Positions 48,605 to 58,240 of a stretch of DNA of 64,000 bases are shown in pieces (the stretch's first letter is position 1; every line of letters begins with the position of its first letter). The stretch is from contig OY969926.1 of assembly GCA_963704645.1 (NCBI GenBank), forward strand, positions 64,001-128,000, in the 5' to 3' direction. The position numbers and the translations under genes are program-made. This stretch comes from an uncultured bacterium. Its GTDB lineage: Bacteria > Patescibacteriota > JACMRA01. Under the pieces are notes generated by a model, which saw only the letters and a program-made list of their open reading frames with translations, had not been told where the DNA came from and did not search any database.

Positions 48605-50206
48605 ATGATTTATATGTACTATATTACCACTTCCCGCCCCTACTCTAACGCAACACCACATTTGGGAACCAGCATGGATGCTATTTACGGCGATGTTTTC
48701 GCCAGGTTTCAAAGCATGCTAAATGATGGCCAGGTTTTGTTCAGTATGGGAATGGATGATCATAGTTTCAAAATTGCCGACAAAGCTATTGAGCTTGGTA
48801 TAGAACCTAAGCAGTTTGTAGATCAAAAAAAGAACGAATTTTTGGAGACTTACAGCAAATTGAATATTTGTAACAATAATTTTATTCAAAGTTCTAATGC
48901 CAAACATCATTGGGTTGCTAATATAGTTTGGCAAAACCTAAGTCAAAAAGGCTATATTTATAGCAAAAGTTACAATGGTTTGTATTGCAAAGGATGTGAA
49001 GATTTTTATGCTACATCGCAGCTGGTTAATTCACAATGCCCTGTTCACCCCTATTTAGAAATTCAAGAGGTAGAAGAAACCAACTATTTTTTTAAATTAA
49101 GCCATTTTAAAACTGAGCTTTTACAATATTTAGGTGAAGTAAATGTACCAGATACAAGTGTTATTGTGGAAATGAAAAACTTTGCTAAAGACCTACAAGA
49201 CATTTCTATTTCCAGAGACAAAAGCAGATTAAACCTCGACTGGGGAATTCCAGTTTGGTCAGACCCAACCCAAGTAATGTACGTGTGGTTTGAAGCTTTA
49301 ATTACATATTTAACCCCGCTAGTTAACGAAGATTTGTTTGTAGAATTTTTGAATTTCCATGCTAATAACTCTAAAACTGATAATTTAGACGAGTTTTCAG
49401 TGGAAGATTTATACGAATGCTATGTTCCAAATAAATTTAGCCAAAATGAAGAAAATTTAGCCAACCAAGTTATAACAGTGCTACGAAACAAGCTTCCCCA
49501 AAACTTACAAATTATTGGCCGAGACAACGCTAAATTCCATTTAATTATTTGGCCTGCCATTTTGTTTGGTTTAGATTTACCACAGATTCAAAATTGTTTA
49601 GTTCACGGTATGATTACAGACAGTTTAGGCAGAAAGTTTAGTAAATCTTTAGGCAACGGAGTAGAACTAGACGACATTATTGAAAAAATTGGAGCGGAAG
49701 GTGTTAGATTTTTTATTTTAAACGAATGTAATTCTATAGGCGACAGCCCGTTTAGCTGGGAAAGATTAATTAATGCCTACAATTCCCACTTGGCTAACAA
49801 TTTAGGCAACTGTTTAATGCGTATTACAACCTTGGTTGAAAAATATTTAGATGGTTATCTAGACCTAGATAGCTTTAGAAATGAAGGCCAAATTGATATT
49901 GATACAGCAATTATATTAAAACATCTGCAAAACCTAACGCCTGAAAAAGCCAGTCAAGAATTATTCCACCAGTTAAGTAAAATTAACCTTTATTTGGAAG
50001 AAACCAAGCCTTGGAGTTTAGGAAAAGATTTGCCAAAAAGCCTTCCTAAAATTAAAGAAGTTCTAATGGTTTCCGCTTGGAATTTACGCTACCTAGCCGA
50101 AGTTTTAAGCATATTTCTACCAGAAACAGCAGACTACATTATTGAAACTTTAAATTCACCAGTAATTAAAAAAGCCAAAATTTTATTCGAAAAAGCCGAG
50201 TTATAG
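48605..50206 (+). CDS. metG: Methionine--tRNA ligase (short form)
   Basis: YYITT..Y.N..PHLG, GMDDH, YC..CEDF..CP.H, WGIPV, YVWFEAL, KFSKSLGN, LANNLGN. Confidence 0.95.
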   Translation: MIYMYYITTSRPYSNATPHLGTSMDAIYGDVFARFQSMLNDGQVLFSMGMDDHSFKIADKAIELGIEPKQFVDQKKNEFLETYSKLNICNNNFIQSSNAKHHWVANIVWQNLSQKGYIYSKSYNGLYCKGCEDFYATSQLVNSQCPVHPYLEIQEVEETNYFFKLSHFKTELLQYLGEVNVPDTSVIVEMKNFAKDLQDISISRDKSRLNLDWGIPVWSDPTQVMYVWFEALITYLTPLVNEDLFVEFLNFHANNSKTDNLDEFSVEDLYECYVPNKFSQNEENLANQVITVLRNKLPQNLQIIGRDNAKFHLIIWPAILFGLDLPQIQNCLVHGMITDSLGRKFSKSLGNGVELDDIIEKIGAEGVRFFILNECNSIGDSPFSWERLINAYNSHLANNLGNCLMRITTLVEKYLDGYLDLDSFRNEGQIDIDTAIILKHLQNLTPEKASQELFHQLSKINLYLEETKPWSLGKDLPKSLPKIKEVLMVSAWNLRYLAEVLSIFLPETADYIIETLNSPVIKKAKILFEKAEL

Positions 50207-50214
50207 GTAGCCAA

Positions 50215-50296
50215 TGTAGAGGCGAGCCCGTCTTGCCACCAGGCAAAATAATAAATGATGTAACACATTCTTGTAGGGGAGATGCTTGCCATCTCC
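50215..50296 (+). repeat. Two GTAG-type REP variants
   Basis: TGTAGAGGCGAGCCCGTCTTGCCACC (matches 18550-18575 reverse complement) and TGTAGGGGAGATGCTTGCCATCTCC. Confidence 0.75.
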
Positions 50297-50389
50297 TTCG
50301 TCTGAAATTCAACACACCCAATAAGAAAGCCCTAGATATGTTCTAGGGAAAGAGTGTTTAAATTAAGCCAGCCCAATTAATATAATCAT

Positions 50390-50902
50390 CTACTCGTAGA
50401 AAAAATCATCAAGAGGACAGTATGGGCCAAAAATTTCTTCTAGAAAAGTTGGTTCGGAGACGTAGACTCTAACATATTTTTCTAGTTCAGGATAAACCGA
50501 AACTAGCCCTTCAGTTGGCACTTCATTTTCTGAGGTTTCAAACAGAATAAAATGTACTGTGTCTAAATGCTGCAAAGTAATAGCGTCTTTATAGTCATCG
50601 TCTAGAATGGAATGGTCTGTATAATCAGATTTTGCACATTCTAAAATGAAGGCTTTAGGAACTACTAGCAAGCAACGCCCGTCTCTTTTCAGTTTTACTG
50701 AAATAAGATTATACAACTCATATTTAGATACATTAATGGCAAGGCTATTGTTTTTGTTGGAACAAATTAGATTCACAGTTTCCTGCTCGTTGATAATTGT
50801 TCCATCATGAATTTCAATACAATCATACCGAAAAGAAACTTTATTCTTTATCAATTCATACCCATCACTGCGGCCATCTACAGTGGACAATTTTGATAAC
50901 AT
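50390..50902 (-). CDS. Hypothetical protein (ORFan-like)
   Basis: GGAGG SD before ATG; hairpin at 50330-50348 downstream. Confidence 0.7.
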   Translation of the reverse strand: MLSKLSTVDGRSDGYELIKNKVSFRYDCIEIHDGTIINEQETVNLICSNKNNSLAINVSKYELYNLISVKLKRDGRCLLVVPKAFILECAKSDYTDHSILDDDYKDAITLQHLDTVHFILFETSENEVPTEGLVSVYPELEKYVRVYVSEPTFLEEIFGPYCPLDDFFYE

Positions 50903-51002
50903 TCACACCTCCGTATCTACATAAAATAACAAAATCTCCTCAAAATTCCTCTAATTCCAATAATATATTTTTTATGAAGAGTTTGGCAAGTAAATACTAA
51001 AA

Positions 51003-52367
51003 CTAACTGTTAAAAACCTCAATTTTGGCCCCAATAGAATTTAGTTTTTCAGCTATAGATTCATAGCCACGGTTAATAGAATAAACGTTTCTAAGCACTG
51101 ACGTTCCTTCTGCGGCTAACATGGCAATTAAAATAATCATTGCAGGGCGAAGAGCTGGAGGGCAAACTACTTGTGCAGCTTTTAACTTGGTTTTACCGTG
51201 CACAAAAACCCTGTGCGGGTCGGCTAAAATCATATTTGCACCTAGCCTATTTAATTCCATAAAATATATAGCTCTGTTTTCCCAAGCCCAATCGTGAATT
51301 AAAGTTGTTCCTTCAGCCTGCGTTGCGATTGGCACAAAAAATGGTAAATTATCAATGTTTACACCTGGGAAAGGGCGGCCATAAATTTTGTCATCTAAAG
51401 CTTTTAATTTAGATTGCTTTATCTGAATATCTACCAACTTGGTTCTACCATTTTCGGCTAAATAAGCTTTGGAAAGTTTAAATTTTAAGCCCATTTTTTC
51501 AAGTTTTAACAACTCCAATTCCAAAAAATCTATTGGACAACGCGTAACAGTAATTTCGGAATCTGTTGTTACAGCCGCTGCAATGTACATCATGCTTTCA
51601 ATTGGATCTTCAGAATTAGTATATTCAACATCCATATTAATTTCCTTCACCCCATAAATTGTTAAAGTGGTTGTGCCCACGCCTTCAATTTTAACCCCAA
51701 ATTTTTCTAAGAAGAAACAAACTTCTTGCACCATGTAATTACTGGTAGCAAATTTAATTACAGTTTTTTCTACTAAACTAGCTGCAATTAGCAAATTCTC
51801 CACAGCTGTGTCTCCAGATTCGTACATTATAATTTCTGAAGATTTTAAACCTTTATTAGTAACAATGTAATTATTTTCTTCTACTTTAACTTTCACACCC
51901 ATTTTTTCTAACCCAAAAATATGAGCAGCAACGGTGCGCTTCCCCATTTTACAACCTTGTGAGTTAGGCAAGCTGAAATTATTAAAATAATGAACTAAAG
52001 AGCCCATAAACATTATAATTGTCCTGGTTTTAGAGGCAGACTGTCTATTTATATTTTCTATTGCTATAACTTTTGGTGGTACAATTAACAAGCTGTTTAA
52101 ACCCGTCCATTCAACTTTAAAATTTATACTTTCAAGCACTTCTATAATTCTATATACTTCTTCAATTCTAGGTATTCCGTATAATTTAGTTTTTCCCTTG
52201 TTTAACAAAGAAGCACAAAGTAAACCCATAGCTCCATTTTTGGAATAATTTGTAGCTACGCTTCCGTGTAATTTAGTACCGCCTTCAATTCTAAAATCTA
52301 AACTTGGCGCATGATTTGGCTTTAAAGTTTTGGTATTTTCTTCTTTAATTATTTCTTTTGTATTCAT
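51003..52367 (-). CDS. murA: UDP-N-acetylglucosamine 1-carboxyvinyltransferase
   Basis: SKNGA, GCKMGKR..AH (catalytic Cys), DPIE, PFPG.N.D, ENR, RGYE. Confidence 0.95.
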   Translation of the reverse strand: MNTKEIIKEENTKTLKPNHAPSLDFRIEGGTKLHGSVATNYSKNGAMGLLCASLLNKGKTKLYGIPRIEEVYRIIEVLESINFKVEWTGLNSLLIVPPKVIAIENINRQSASKTRTIIMFMGSLVHYFNNFSLPNSQGCKMGKRTVAAHIFGLEKMGVKVKVEENNYIVTNKGLKSSEIIMYESGDTAVENLLIAASLVEKTVIKFATSNYMVQEVCFFLEKFGVKIEGVGTTTLTIYGVKEINMDVEYTNSEDPIESMMYIAAAVTTDSEITVTRCPIDFLELELLKLEKMGLKFKLSKAYLAENGRTKLVDIQIKQSKLKALDDKIYGRPFPGVNIDNLPFFVPIATQAEGTTLIHDWAWENRAIYFMELNRLGANMILADPHRVFVHGKTKLKAAQVVCPPALRPAMIILIAMLAAEGTSVLRNVYSINRGYESIAEKLNSIGAKIEVFNS

Positions 52368-52570
52368 ATTTAATTGTTATCAATATAATCTATTTAGATG
52401 TAATTGGGGTTTTTTAAGTCTGGGATGTTTGCACACTAAATATACAATTTATGCATTTGTGATTGCATATTTTTAAATCAGTACGCCCCAAGATACAACC
52501 AGCATGTAAATATATTCATAACCTGTCAAAGTTTGACACATAGTTAATTCTGAACTAAAATTAGCCCAAT

Positions 52571-52993
52571 ATGCACAGTTTCCAAGCCCGCAGAAAAACC
52601 ATTAAGCAAATTATTTTTTGGACTATAATTTTAGGTGCTTTCGTTGCCTTATTTGTACCAATTCTAGCTAGTGCCCAGCCAGCAGATGTTTGCGAAGTGT
52701 TTGGAAACTGCGCAACAGGAATAGATCAATACAGCGGAGGTGGAACCAACAGTTTAGCCCAGTTAATTTTAACAATTGCTTATACTTTAGTTTACATTTT
52801 TGGAGCTATTTCAGTTTTGTTCATGGTATTTGGAGGCTACACCATGATTTCCAGTGGAGGAGATTCAGCTAAATACAAAAAAGGCTTGGAAACAGTGAAA
52901 AATGCAATAATTGGAATAGTTTTAAGTATTGCTTCTTTTGCCATTGTAAGCGTTATTGGCAGCGTATTTTCTACTGTAGACATTGGGAAATAG
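52571..52993 (+). CDS. CPR-type pilin (VirB2/TrbC-like)
   Basis: Signal peptide ASA/Q, Cys pair, GAISVLFMVFGGYTMISSGGD...KG...KNAIIG; TTGACA-17-TAAAAT upstream. Confidence 0.88.
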   Translation: MHSFQARRKTIKQIIFWTIILGAFVALFVPILASAQPADVCEVFGNCATGIDQYSGGGTNSLAQLILTIAYTLVYIFGAISVLFMVFGGYTMISSGGDSAKYKKGLETVKNAIIGIVLSIASFAIVSVIGSVFSTVDIGK

Positions 52994-53257
52994 CTCACCT
53001 TTTCTACTTTCAAATGAAGCCAAAGCTCAAGCTGAGACAAACTCAACACTTATCTTAACTCAACATTTAGACTGTAAAAATAAGTTTAGACTAACAGCAA
53101 ATCTGGCTTAAAGGGGAAGCTGTTCGACCAAGACAACACACACTCAAGTTTGCCGTGATAATTTAATAAGGTGTCAGTGATATTCACTTTTGATAGCCTA
53201 CAAACATAGAAAGCTTGACATACCAACAAAAAACCATTTTTTTCTGTAATACGTGTT

Positions 53258-53348
53258 GGAGAGGTGACTGAGTGGTCGAAAGTACCTCACTGCTAACGAG
53301 ACGTCCCTTCAACAAGGACCCAGGGTTCGAATCCCTGCCTCTCCGCCA
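53258..53348 (+). tRNA. tRNA-Ser(GCT)
   Basis: GGAGAGG..CTGCTAA..long variable arm..GGTTCGAATCC..CCTCTCCGCCA. Confidence 0.93.
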
Positions 53349-53376
53349 CCAAAAGAAACAAAAAATTAACGAGCTT

Positions 53377-53452
53377 GGATTCGTAGCTCAGTCGGTAGAG
53401 CAATGGACTTTTAATCCAGTGGTCGTGGGTTCGATCCCCACCGAATCCACCA
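53377..53452 (+). tRNA. tRNA-Lys(TTT)
   Basis: GGATTCGTAGCTCAGTCGGTAGAGCAATGGACTTTTAATCCAGTGGTCGTGGGTTCGATCCCCACCGAATCCACCA. Confidence 0.96.
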
Positions 53453-53647
53453 ACAAAAATACAATAAGTTTAATCTTGTATTTCATTTTATAAGCGATGC
53501 CCCCTAGTGGGGCTAAACTTGTGGGATAACTGTGGATAACTTTAAACTTTTACTTATTAGAGGAGTGTGCAACTTTCATCATCCAAGGGAGTAGATTGCT
53601 AATTGTACCTTTTAAAAAACAAAAACACATTATTTAATTATATATCT

Positions 53648-53692
53648 GCTTAGACCCTAAAACAAATTCACGGTGATGGTTCAAAATAATGT
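53648..53692 (+). repeat. Family C repeat, degenerate (downstream of gltX)
   Basis: GCTTAGACCCTAAAACAAATTCACGGTGATGGTTCAAAATAATGT resembles 55521-55566. Confidence 0.75.
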
Positions 53693-53706
53693 CACAATTA
53701 CTACAC

Positions 53707-55374
53707 CTACAACCCCTTCAAAACCAAACTAATTCTCTTCTCAATCTCACTTAGACTTAATATGGAAATTAATTCAAAAGGTGTGGCAGACTTAGCCCTA
53801 CCCGAAAGTGTGTAACGCAAAGGCCACAGCATATTTCCAGCCTGAATTTCATTTTGTTCCAAATAGCTTTTAAAACTATTTTCCCAGAATACAACCAGAT
53901 TGCTCAAAGCAAAGTTAAATTCAGATTCAAAGCTAATATCCTGCAAATATTTAACCAGTAAACTTTCTAATTCTGTTTTGATTTGCTCGGCGACCAACCA
54001 ATTTTCCTGGATATATTTTAACGCGATTTGCAAGTTTTCCTTTGTTTCTTCAGCATTACTTTTCTTCCAAATTACTAAGCTAGAATCTGGAGCCTGCCAA
54101 TTTTTTAATACTTCACTTTCTAAGCCTATTTGGCTTAATAAACTAGCCCTATTTTGATCTAATTTCCAACCCAAATAATTTAAAGTTTCTTCAGATAAAT
54201 TTTCTACAGGGTCTCTTGTAATATCGTTATTAAGACTGACAAAACCAAGCTCAGCCGAACGCTCAACGAACTCTGGCAAGCTTAACATGTTAATATATTG
54301 CTTATTAAACCAATCAAGTTTCTCTAAATTAAACCTAGCGGGAGACTTAGATAATTTTTCCAAACTAAAATCTTTAGCCAAATTATCTATAAGTTTAGCC
54401 AGCCTTTCAGACTGATTCAGTTTTAAGAAATCATCTTTTTCTAAGTATAATTCTTTTTCTGTTCCAGGGTTCCACCCCAAGAAAGCAATATAATTAACTA
54501 CAGCTTCAGGTAAATAGCCTTTGTCTAAATAATCTTGTAAATTAACATTTCCATCGCGTTTACTCATTTTTTTGTTACCAACTTCACCTAGAATAACTGG
54601 TAAATGCATGTAATCTGGCACAAAACCAAAATAATCTTGGAACATTACAACATGCTTTGGAAGGCTTGAATACCATTCCTGAGTTCTAATTACCAAAGTA
54701 GTTTTCATTGAATAATCATCAATAATATGGGCAAAATGGTAAGTAGGAAAACCGTCCGATTTTATAGCTGTGAAATCTTCTTCTAAATTTAAATCAAACT
54801 CAGTAGTTCCAAGTAAAACATCGGTAGTAGTAACTTTGCTTTCCCGTTGCAGCTTATACATTAAAACTGGTTTGGCTGAATTAGACAATCCTTCTTCCAA
54901 ATTAACAAACATTTTTTCTTCTCCAAACTTTTCTAAACAAATTTTAAAATAGTTAATTGGCCTTTTATTTAATTGCTTAAGTTCTTGTAATTCTTGTTTT
55001 TCTTCAGGTGTTAGATAATTCCAATAAGCCAACTTTTTATCTATCATTTTTTGAGCATGTTGGTGATAAATATCTAATCTTTCAGACTGAATATATGGAC
55101 CATATTCTCCAGCTTGATATACATTGTAAAAACTATCGGCAACACCATTCTGGTTTAAAGTTACACCTTCATCAGCCGATAAACCAATACTAGATAATGC
55201 TTTTAATAAAATTTGAACAGTGCTTGGTTGAAGTCTGTTTCTGTCTGTGTCTTCAATTCTTAAGTAAAAAATACCGTTATTAATTTTAGCCATTAACTTT
55301 GTGAACAACACTGTTCTTGCCGTTCCAATGTGTAAAAAACCTGTTGGTGAAGGGGCTTGTCTTGTACGAAACAT
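53707..55374 (-). CDS. gltX: Glutamate--tRNA ligase
   Basis: APSPTGFLHIG, LRIEDTD, GPYIQSER, KSDGFPTYH, KMSKR, LGWNP. Confidence 0.97.
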   Translation of the reverse strand: MFRTRQAPSPTGFLHIGTARTVLFTKLMAKINNGIFYLRIEDTDRNRLQPSTVQILLKALSSIGLSADEGVTLNQNGVADSFYNVYQAGEYGPYIQSERLDIYHQHAQKMIDKKLAYWNYLTPEEKQELQELKQLNKRPINYFKICLEKFGEEKMFVNLEEGLSNSAKPVLMYKLQRESKVTTTDVLLGTTEFDLNLEEDFTAIKSDGFPTYHFAHIIDDYSMKTTLVIRTQEWYSSLPKHVVMFQDYFGFVPDYMHLPVILGEVGNKKMSKRDGNVNLQDYLDKGYLPEAVVNYIAFLGWNPGTEKELYLEKDDFLKLNQSERLAKLIDNLAKDFSLEKLSKSPARFNLEKLDWFNKQYINMLSLPEFVERSAELGFVSLNNDITRDPVENLSEETLNYLGWKLDQNRASLLSQIGLESEVLKNWQAPDSSLVIWKKSNAEETKENLQIALKYIQENWLVAEQIKTELESLLVKYLQDISFESEFNFALSNLVVFWENSFKSYLEQNEIQAGNMLWPLRYTLSGRAKSATPFELISILSLSEIEKRISLVLKGL

Positions 55375-55520
55375 GTTTTAACTAGGCTTTTTGTGTGTAA
55401 ATTTGTCAAAGAGCAATCTTGCAATCCAACTCCAAGGCCAACACTATCATTATTAGTCTTTACCACCCAGACTGCTCACCGTTAGTATTGCTAGAATTTT
55501 AATTAATTTGAGTTTCAAGA

Positions 55521-55566
55521 GCTTAGACCCTGAAACAAGTTCAGGGTGACAGGCTCAAAATATTGT
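55521..55566 (+). repeat. Family C repeat (upstream of gltX)
   Basis: GCTTAGACCCTGAAACAAGTTCAGGGTGACAGGCTCAAAATATTGT. Confidence 0.8.
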
Positions 55567-55663
55567 GTCGGGATAAACTCTATCTATTATTTGATAATTC
55601 ACACACAGCGTTGACAAAAAATAATAGCACATTTAGTATTAGATGGTGTTGCGTTAAAGTAAT

Positions 55664-55739
55664 GCCAAATTAGCTCAGTTGGTAGAGCAACGGTTTTGTA
55701 AACCGTAGGTCGTTGGTTCGAACCCTACATTTGGCTCCA
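55664..55739 (+). tRNA. tRNA-Thr(TGT)
   Basis: GCCAAATTAGCTCAGTTGGTAGAGCAACGGTTTTGTAAACCGTAGG..TTCGAA..ATTTGGCTCCA; TTGACA-17-TAGTAT promoter upstream. Confidence 0.95.
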
Positions 55740-56068
55740 TTTCTGGATATCCTTTTTTGAAGAATTTTTAAAATTAAACACAAATAAAAATCAATTTAAA
55801 AATTAGTACATTGAATACTAAATGAATAAAATTTTAAAACTTTTTTCCCAAAATAAAACTTTTTGGATACTAATTCTAACTTCATTTGTAGTTATGTTGC
55901 TTGGAGTAATAGCTAAACATTACACACCCTCATAAGTAAAACTGAGAGGTGTTTTTTGTTATTTTAGTAAGAATATATAACACTTGCTAGTTTTTTTGAT
56001 AATCAAAACAGGTCACTAATTGACATTTAGTCTATCGCCAGCAACTCTTAATTTATTAATCACTCCCA

Positions 56069-56518
56069 ATGCTCAGCGTAAATAATTATAGTATAAAATA
56101 CATAGACAAATGTAACCAGCAAATAAATACACAACTTTCTGCTTACAGTAACTTACTAAGCAAGTTAAACGGACAAACTTCTGCAGCTAGCATTGAAATT
56201 TATAATTTTGAAAACCTTTTCTTCAACAATTTAGTTTTAGTTTTAGACAATTTATTTGCACACAGAAGCAGGGCTATAGAAAAAAAGGATGGTAACGCTT
56301 TGAACGAAGTAAGAGTTTTATGCAATTCAATAATTAATAATAATGCTGAATTGTTAGAAGACCCTTCGCTTAAATTAAACTCAGAAACTTCTGTTTTAAA
56401 ATATACTGCCGGCCAAAAAATTAAGTTAAATTTAGCAGACTTCAGCAGTCTTTCCAAAGCATACTTTCAAGAAATGAAAGATAAATATTCTGAGAAATCG
56501 GAAAAATTGATAAAGTAA
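56069..56518 (+). CDS. Conserved-looking hypothetical protein
   Basis: FFNNLVLVLD..FAHR.R..EKKDGNALNEVR; coupled to the next gene. Confidence 0.8.
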   Translation: MLSVNNYSIKYIDKCNQQINTQLSAYSNLLSKLNGQTSAASIEIYNFENLFFNNLVLVLDNLFAHRSRAIEKKDGNALNEVRVLCNSIINNNAELLEDPSLKLNSETSVLKYTAGQKIKLNLADFSSLSKAYFQEMKDKYSEKSEKLIK

Positions 56519-56522
56519 AATT

Positions 56523-56786
56523 ATGACATTAGAATCTTTTCAATCTTTTATAGATAAAATAAAACTACAAACCGGCAGAAATATAGAAGAATATGCCAAA
56601 TTTGCAAAGGCCAAAGGTTTCTTTAAACCCGACGTTAAGGCTGGCCAAATTGTAGATTGGCTTAAAAAAGATTTTGGCTTTAAACAAGGTGATGCAATGG
56701 CTATGTACGGGTTATTTAAATATATGGGCTTAATTACTAAACCCGACAGGGCAGCAAAACCAAATGATAGTATTGACAAATTGTAG
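56523..56786 (+). CDS. DUF4287-like protein
   Basis: SFQSFIDKI...TGR...KAGQIVDWLKKDFG...GDAMA. Confidence 0.7.
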   Translation: MTLESFQSFIDKIKLQTGRNIEEYAKFAKAKGFFKPDVKAGQIVDWLKKDFGFKQGDAMAMYGLFKYMGLITKPDRAAKPNDSIDKL

Positions 56787-56821
56787 GTTTTTAAGATTTA
56801 AAGAATAGAACACTAATAATT

Positions 56822-57151
56822 ATGGCCAAGAGCATTGAAATCACCTATTTTCCAACTGCAACAGCTAGATGCTTAAATTGCGGAAGTATCTACACAGCTG
56901 GAATGACAACAGAAAGTTTAACAATTGAAGTTTGCGGAAACTGTCATCCATTTTATACACAACAAGACACTTTGGTAGATACAGCTGGTAGAATTGAAAA
57001 ATTCCAAAACAGAATGGCTAAAGCTACAGCTGCATTAGCTAAAAAAGACTCAACCAAGAAGAGAAAGTTTAAGCAATCTTTAGCAGACATAACAGCAGAA
57101 CCTGATTTTTCTGAAATAGAAAACACAGAGACTGTTGACAAGGAAGCATAA
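56822..57151 (+). CDS. rpmE: 50S ribosomal protein L31 (Zn-binding type) with C-terminal extension
   Basis: CLNCG...EVCGNCHPFYT...VDTAGRIEKF. Confidence 0.95.
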   Translation: MAKSIEITYFPTATARCLNCGSIYTAGMTTESLTIEVCGNCHPFYTQQDTLVDTAGRIEKFQNRMAKATAALAKKDSTKKRKFKQSLADITAEPDFSEIENTETVDKEA

Positions 57152-57196
57152 TTTTTTTCTTCTATACTAAACTTTCAGACCTTACGAATTTAGCAG

Positions 57197-57715
57197 ATGA
57201 AGATTTATTACACACAGCCAACTCTTAGCATTAAGTCTAAGAACTCTAAGTTTCTTAAAGGGTCTTTTAAGTCTACCGTTAAACAATCTGGTTTAAAGAA
57301 ATCTATAGATTCCTGGATAGAAAGTAATAACAGCTTTTATTTCCAAATTGTAGGAGTATTTATTTTAACAATTGGAATGATTTTGTCTTTACAAAACTTT
57401 TTAGATGGAACCAAGTTGAATGCTTCTGCTAAAGAAAACAGCGAAGTTAGAATATTAACTAATTTCAAACAATCTACTAAAGCCAACGCCGATTCTAATA
57501 ATTTACAAGAATTAACAGATGTTGTAATTGCTCCTGTCAATAACACTGTTGTAGAGCAAACTTACGTTGAATACACTGTAAAAAAGGGAGATAGCCTAGC
57601 TTTAATAGCCAGTAAATTTAAAATTACTTTAGAAGATGTAGCTAAATTAAACAGTCTTGATACAAAAGCTAGCTTAAACGTTGGTTCAAAAATTAAAGTA
57701 CCTTTCCAGGGTTAG
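57197..57715 (+). CDS. Membrane-anchored LysM protein
   Basis: One TM; YTVKKGDSLALIASKF.I....AKLN....LNVGSKIKVP. Confidence 0.92.
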   Translation: MKIYYTQPTLSIKSKNSKFLKGSFKSTVKQSGLKKSIDSWIESNNSFYFQIVGVFILTIGMILSLQNFLDGTKLNASAKENSEVRILTNFKQSTKANADSNNLQELTDVVIAPVNNTVVEQTYVEYTVKKGDSLALIASKFKITLEDVAKLNSLDTKASLNVGSKIKVPFQG

Positions 57716-57943
57716 TTTAAAAATATTTACAGAGGCTAATTAATAGAATCTATGATTATGCCTATGTTGAATATTACACTAATAAATTATTAAGTATCTT
57801 CTAACAATATCAATCGATTAAAAGTTATGATCTGATAAAGAAGGTATATAGCACATTTACTAGAAGGATACTCACAAATAATATGCTGGACAAATACCAA
57901 CTTTTCTTGACAAAGAGCTAACGAATAGACATTTTTATTTTAC

Positions 57944-58027
57944 GCCCAGATGGTGAAATGGTAGACACACTAGCCTTAGGAGCTAGCGCCGCAAGGTATG
58001 AGAGTTCAAGTCTCTCTCTGGGCACCA
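57944..58027 (+). tRNA. tRNA-Leu(TAG)
   Basis: GCCCAGATGGTGAAATGGTAGACACACTAGCCTTAGGAGCTAG..GTTCAAGTC..CTGGGCACCA. Confidence 0.95.
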
Positions 58028-58047
58028 TAAAACTATTTAAAATATTA

Positions 58048-58070
58048 AACCCCGCAAGGGGTTGTTTTTT
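58048..58070 (+). terminator. Intrinsic terminator after tRNA-Leu
   Basis: AACCCC-GCAA-GGGGTT-GTTTTTT. Confidence 0.85.
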
Positions 58071-58240
58071 ATTATCTACCTTTACAGTACCAAACTAACC
58101 CAAATTCGTGTAAAATGCTAGGTAATTCCAATTTACAATTACTTAATATTAACCTCTACATAGTTTGGAAACTGTGGCTAATCATTAATTAGAAAATCAT
58201 TCTAGGGAGAAAGTGAGTCAGCTGATCTCCGAGCTGCTAA

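Noticed and set aside
53272-53493. 73-aa ORF
   Set aside because: It is a translation of the tRNA-Ser and tRNA-Lys genes
53480-53700. oriC
   Set aside because: Only one perfect DnaA box and no dnaA/dnaN nearby
55890-55958. Separate ncRNA downstream of tRNA-Thr
   Set aside because: Hairpin plus T-run is adequately explained as the tRNA-Thr terminator
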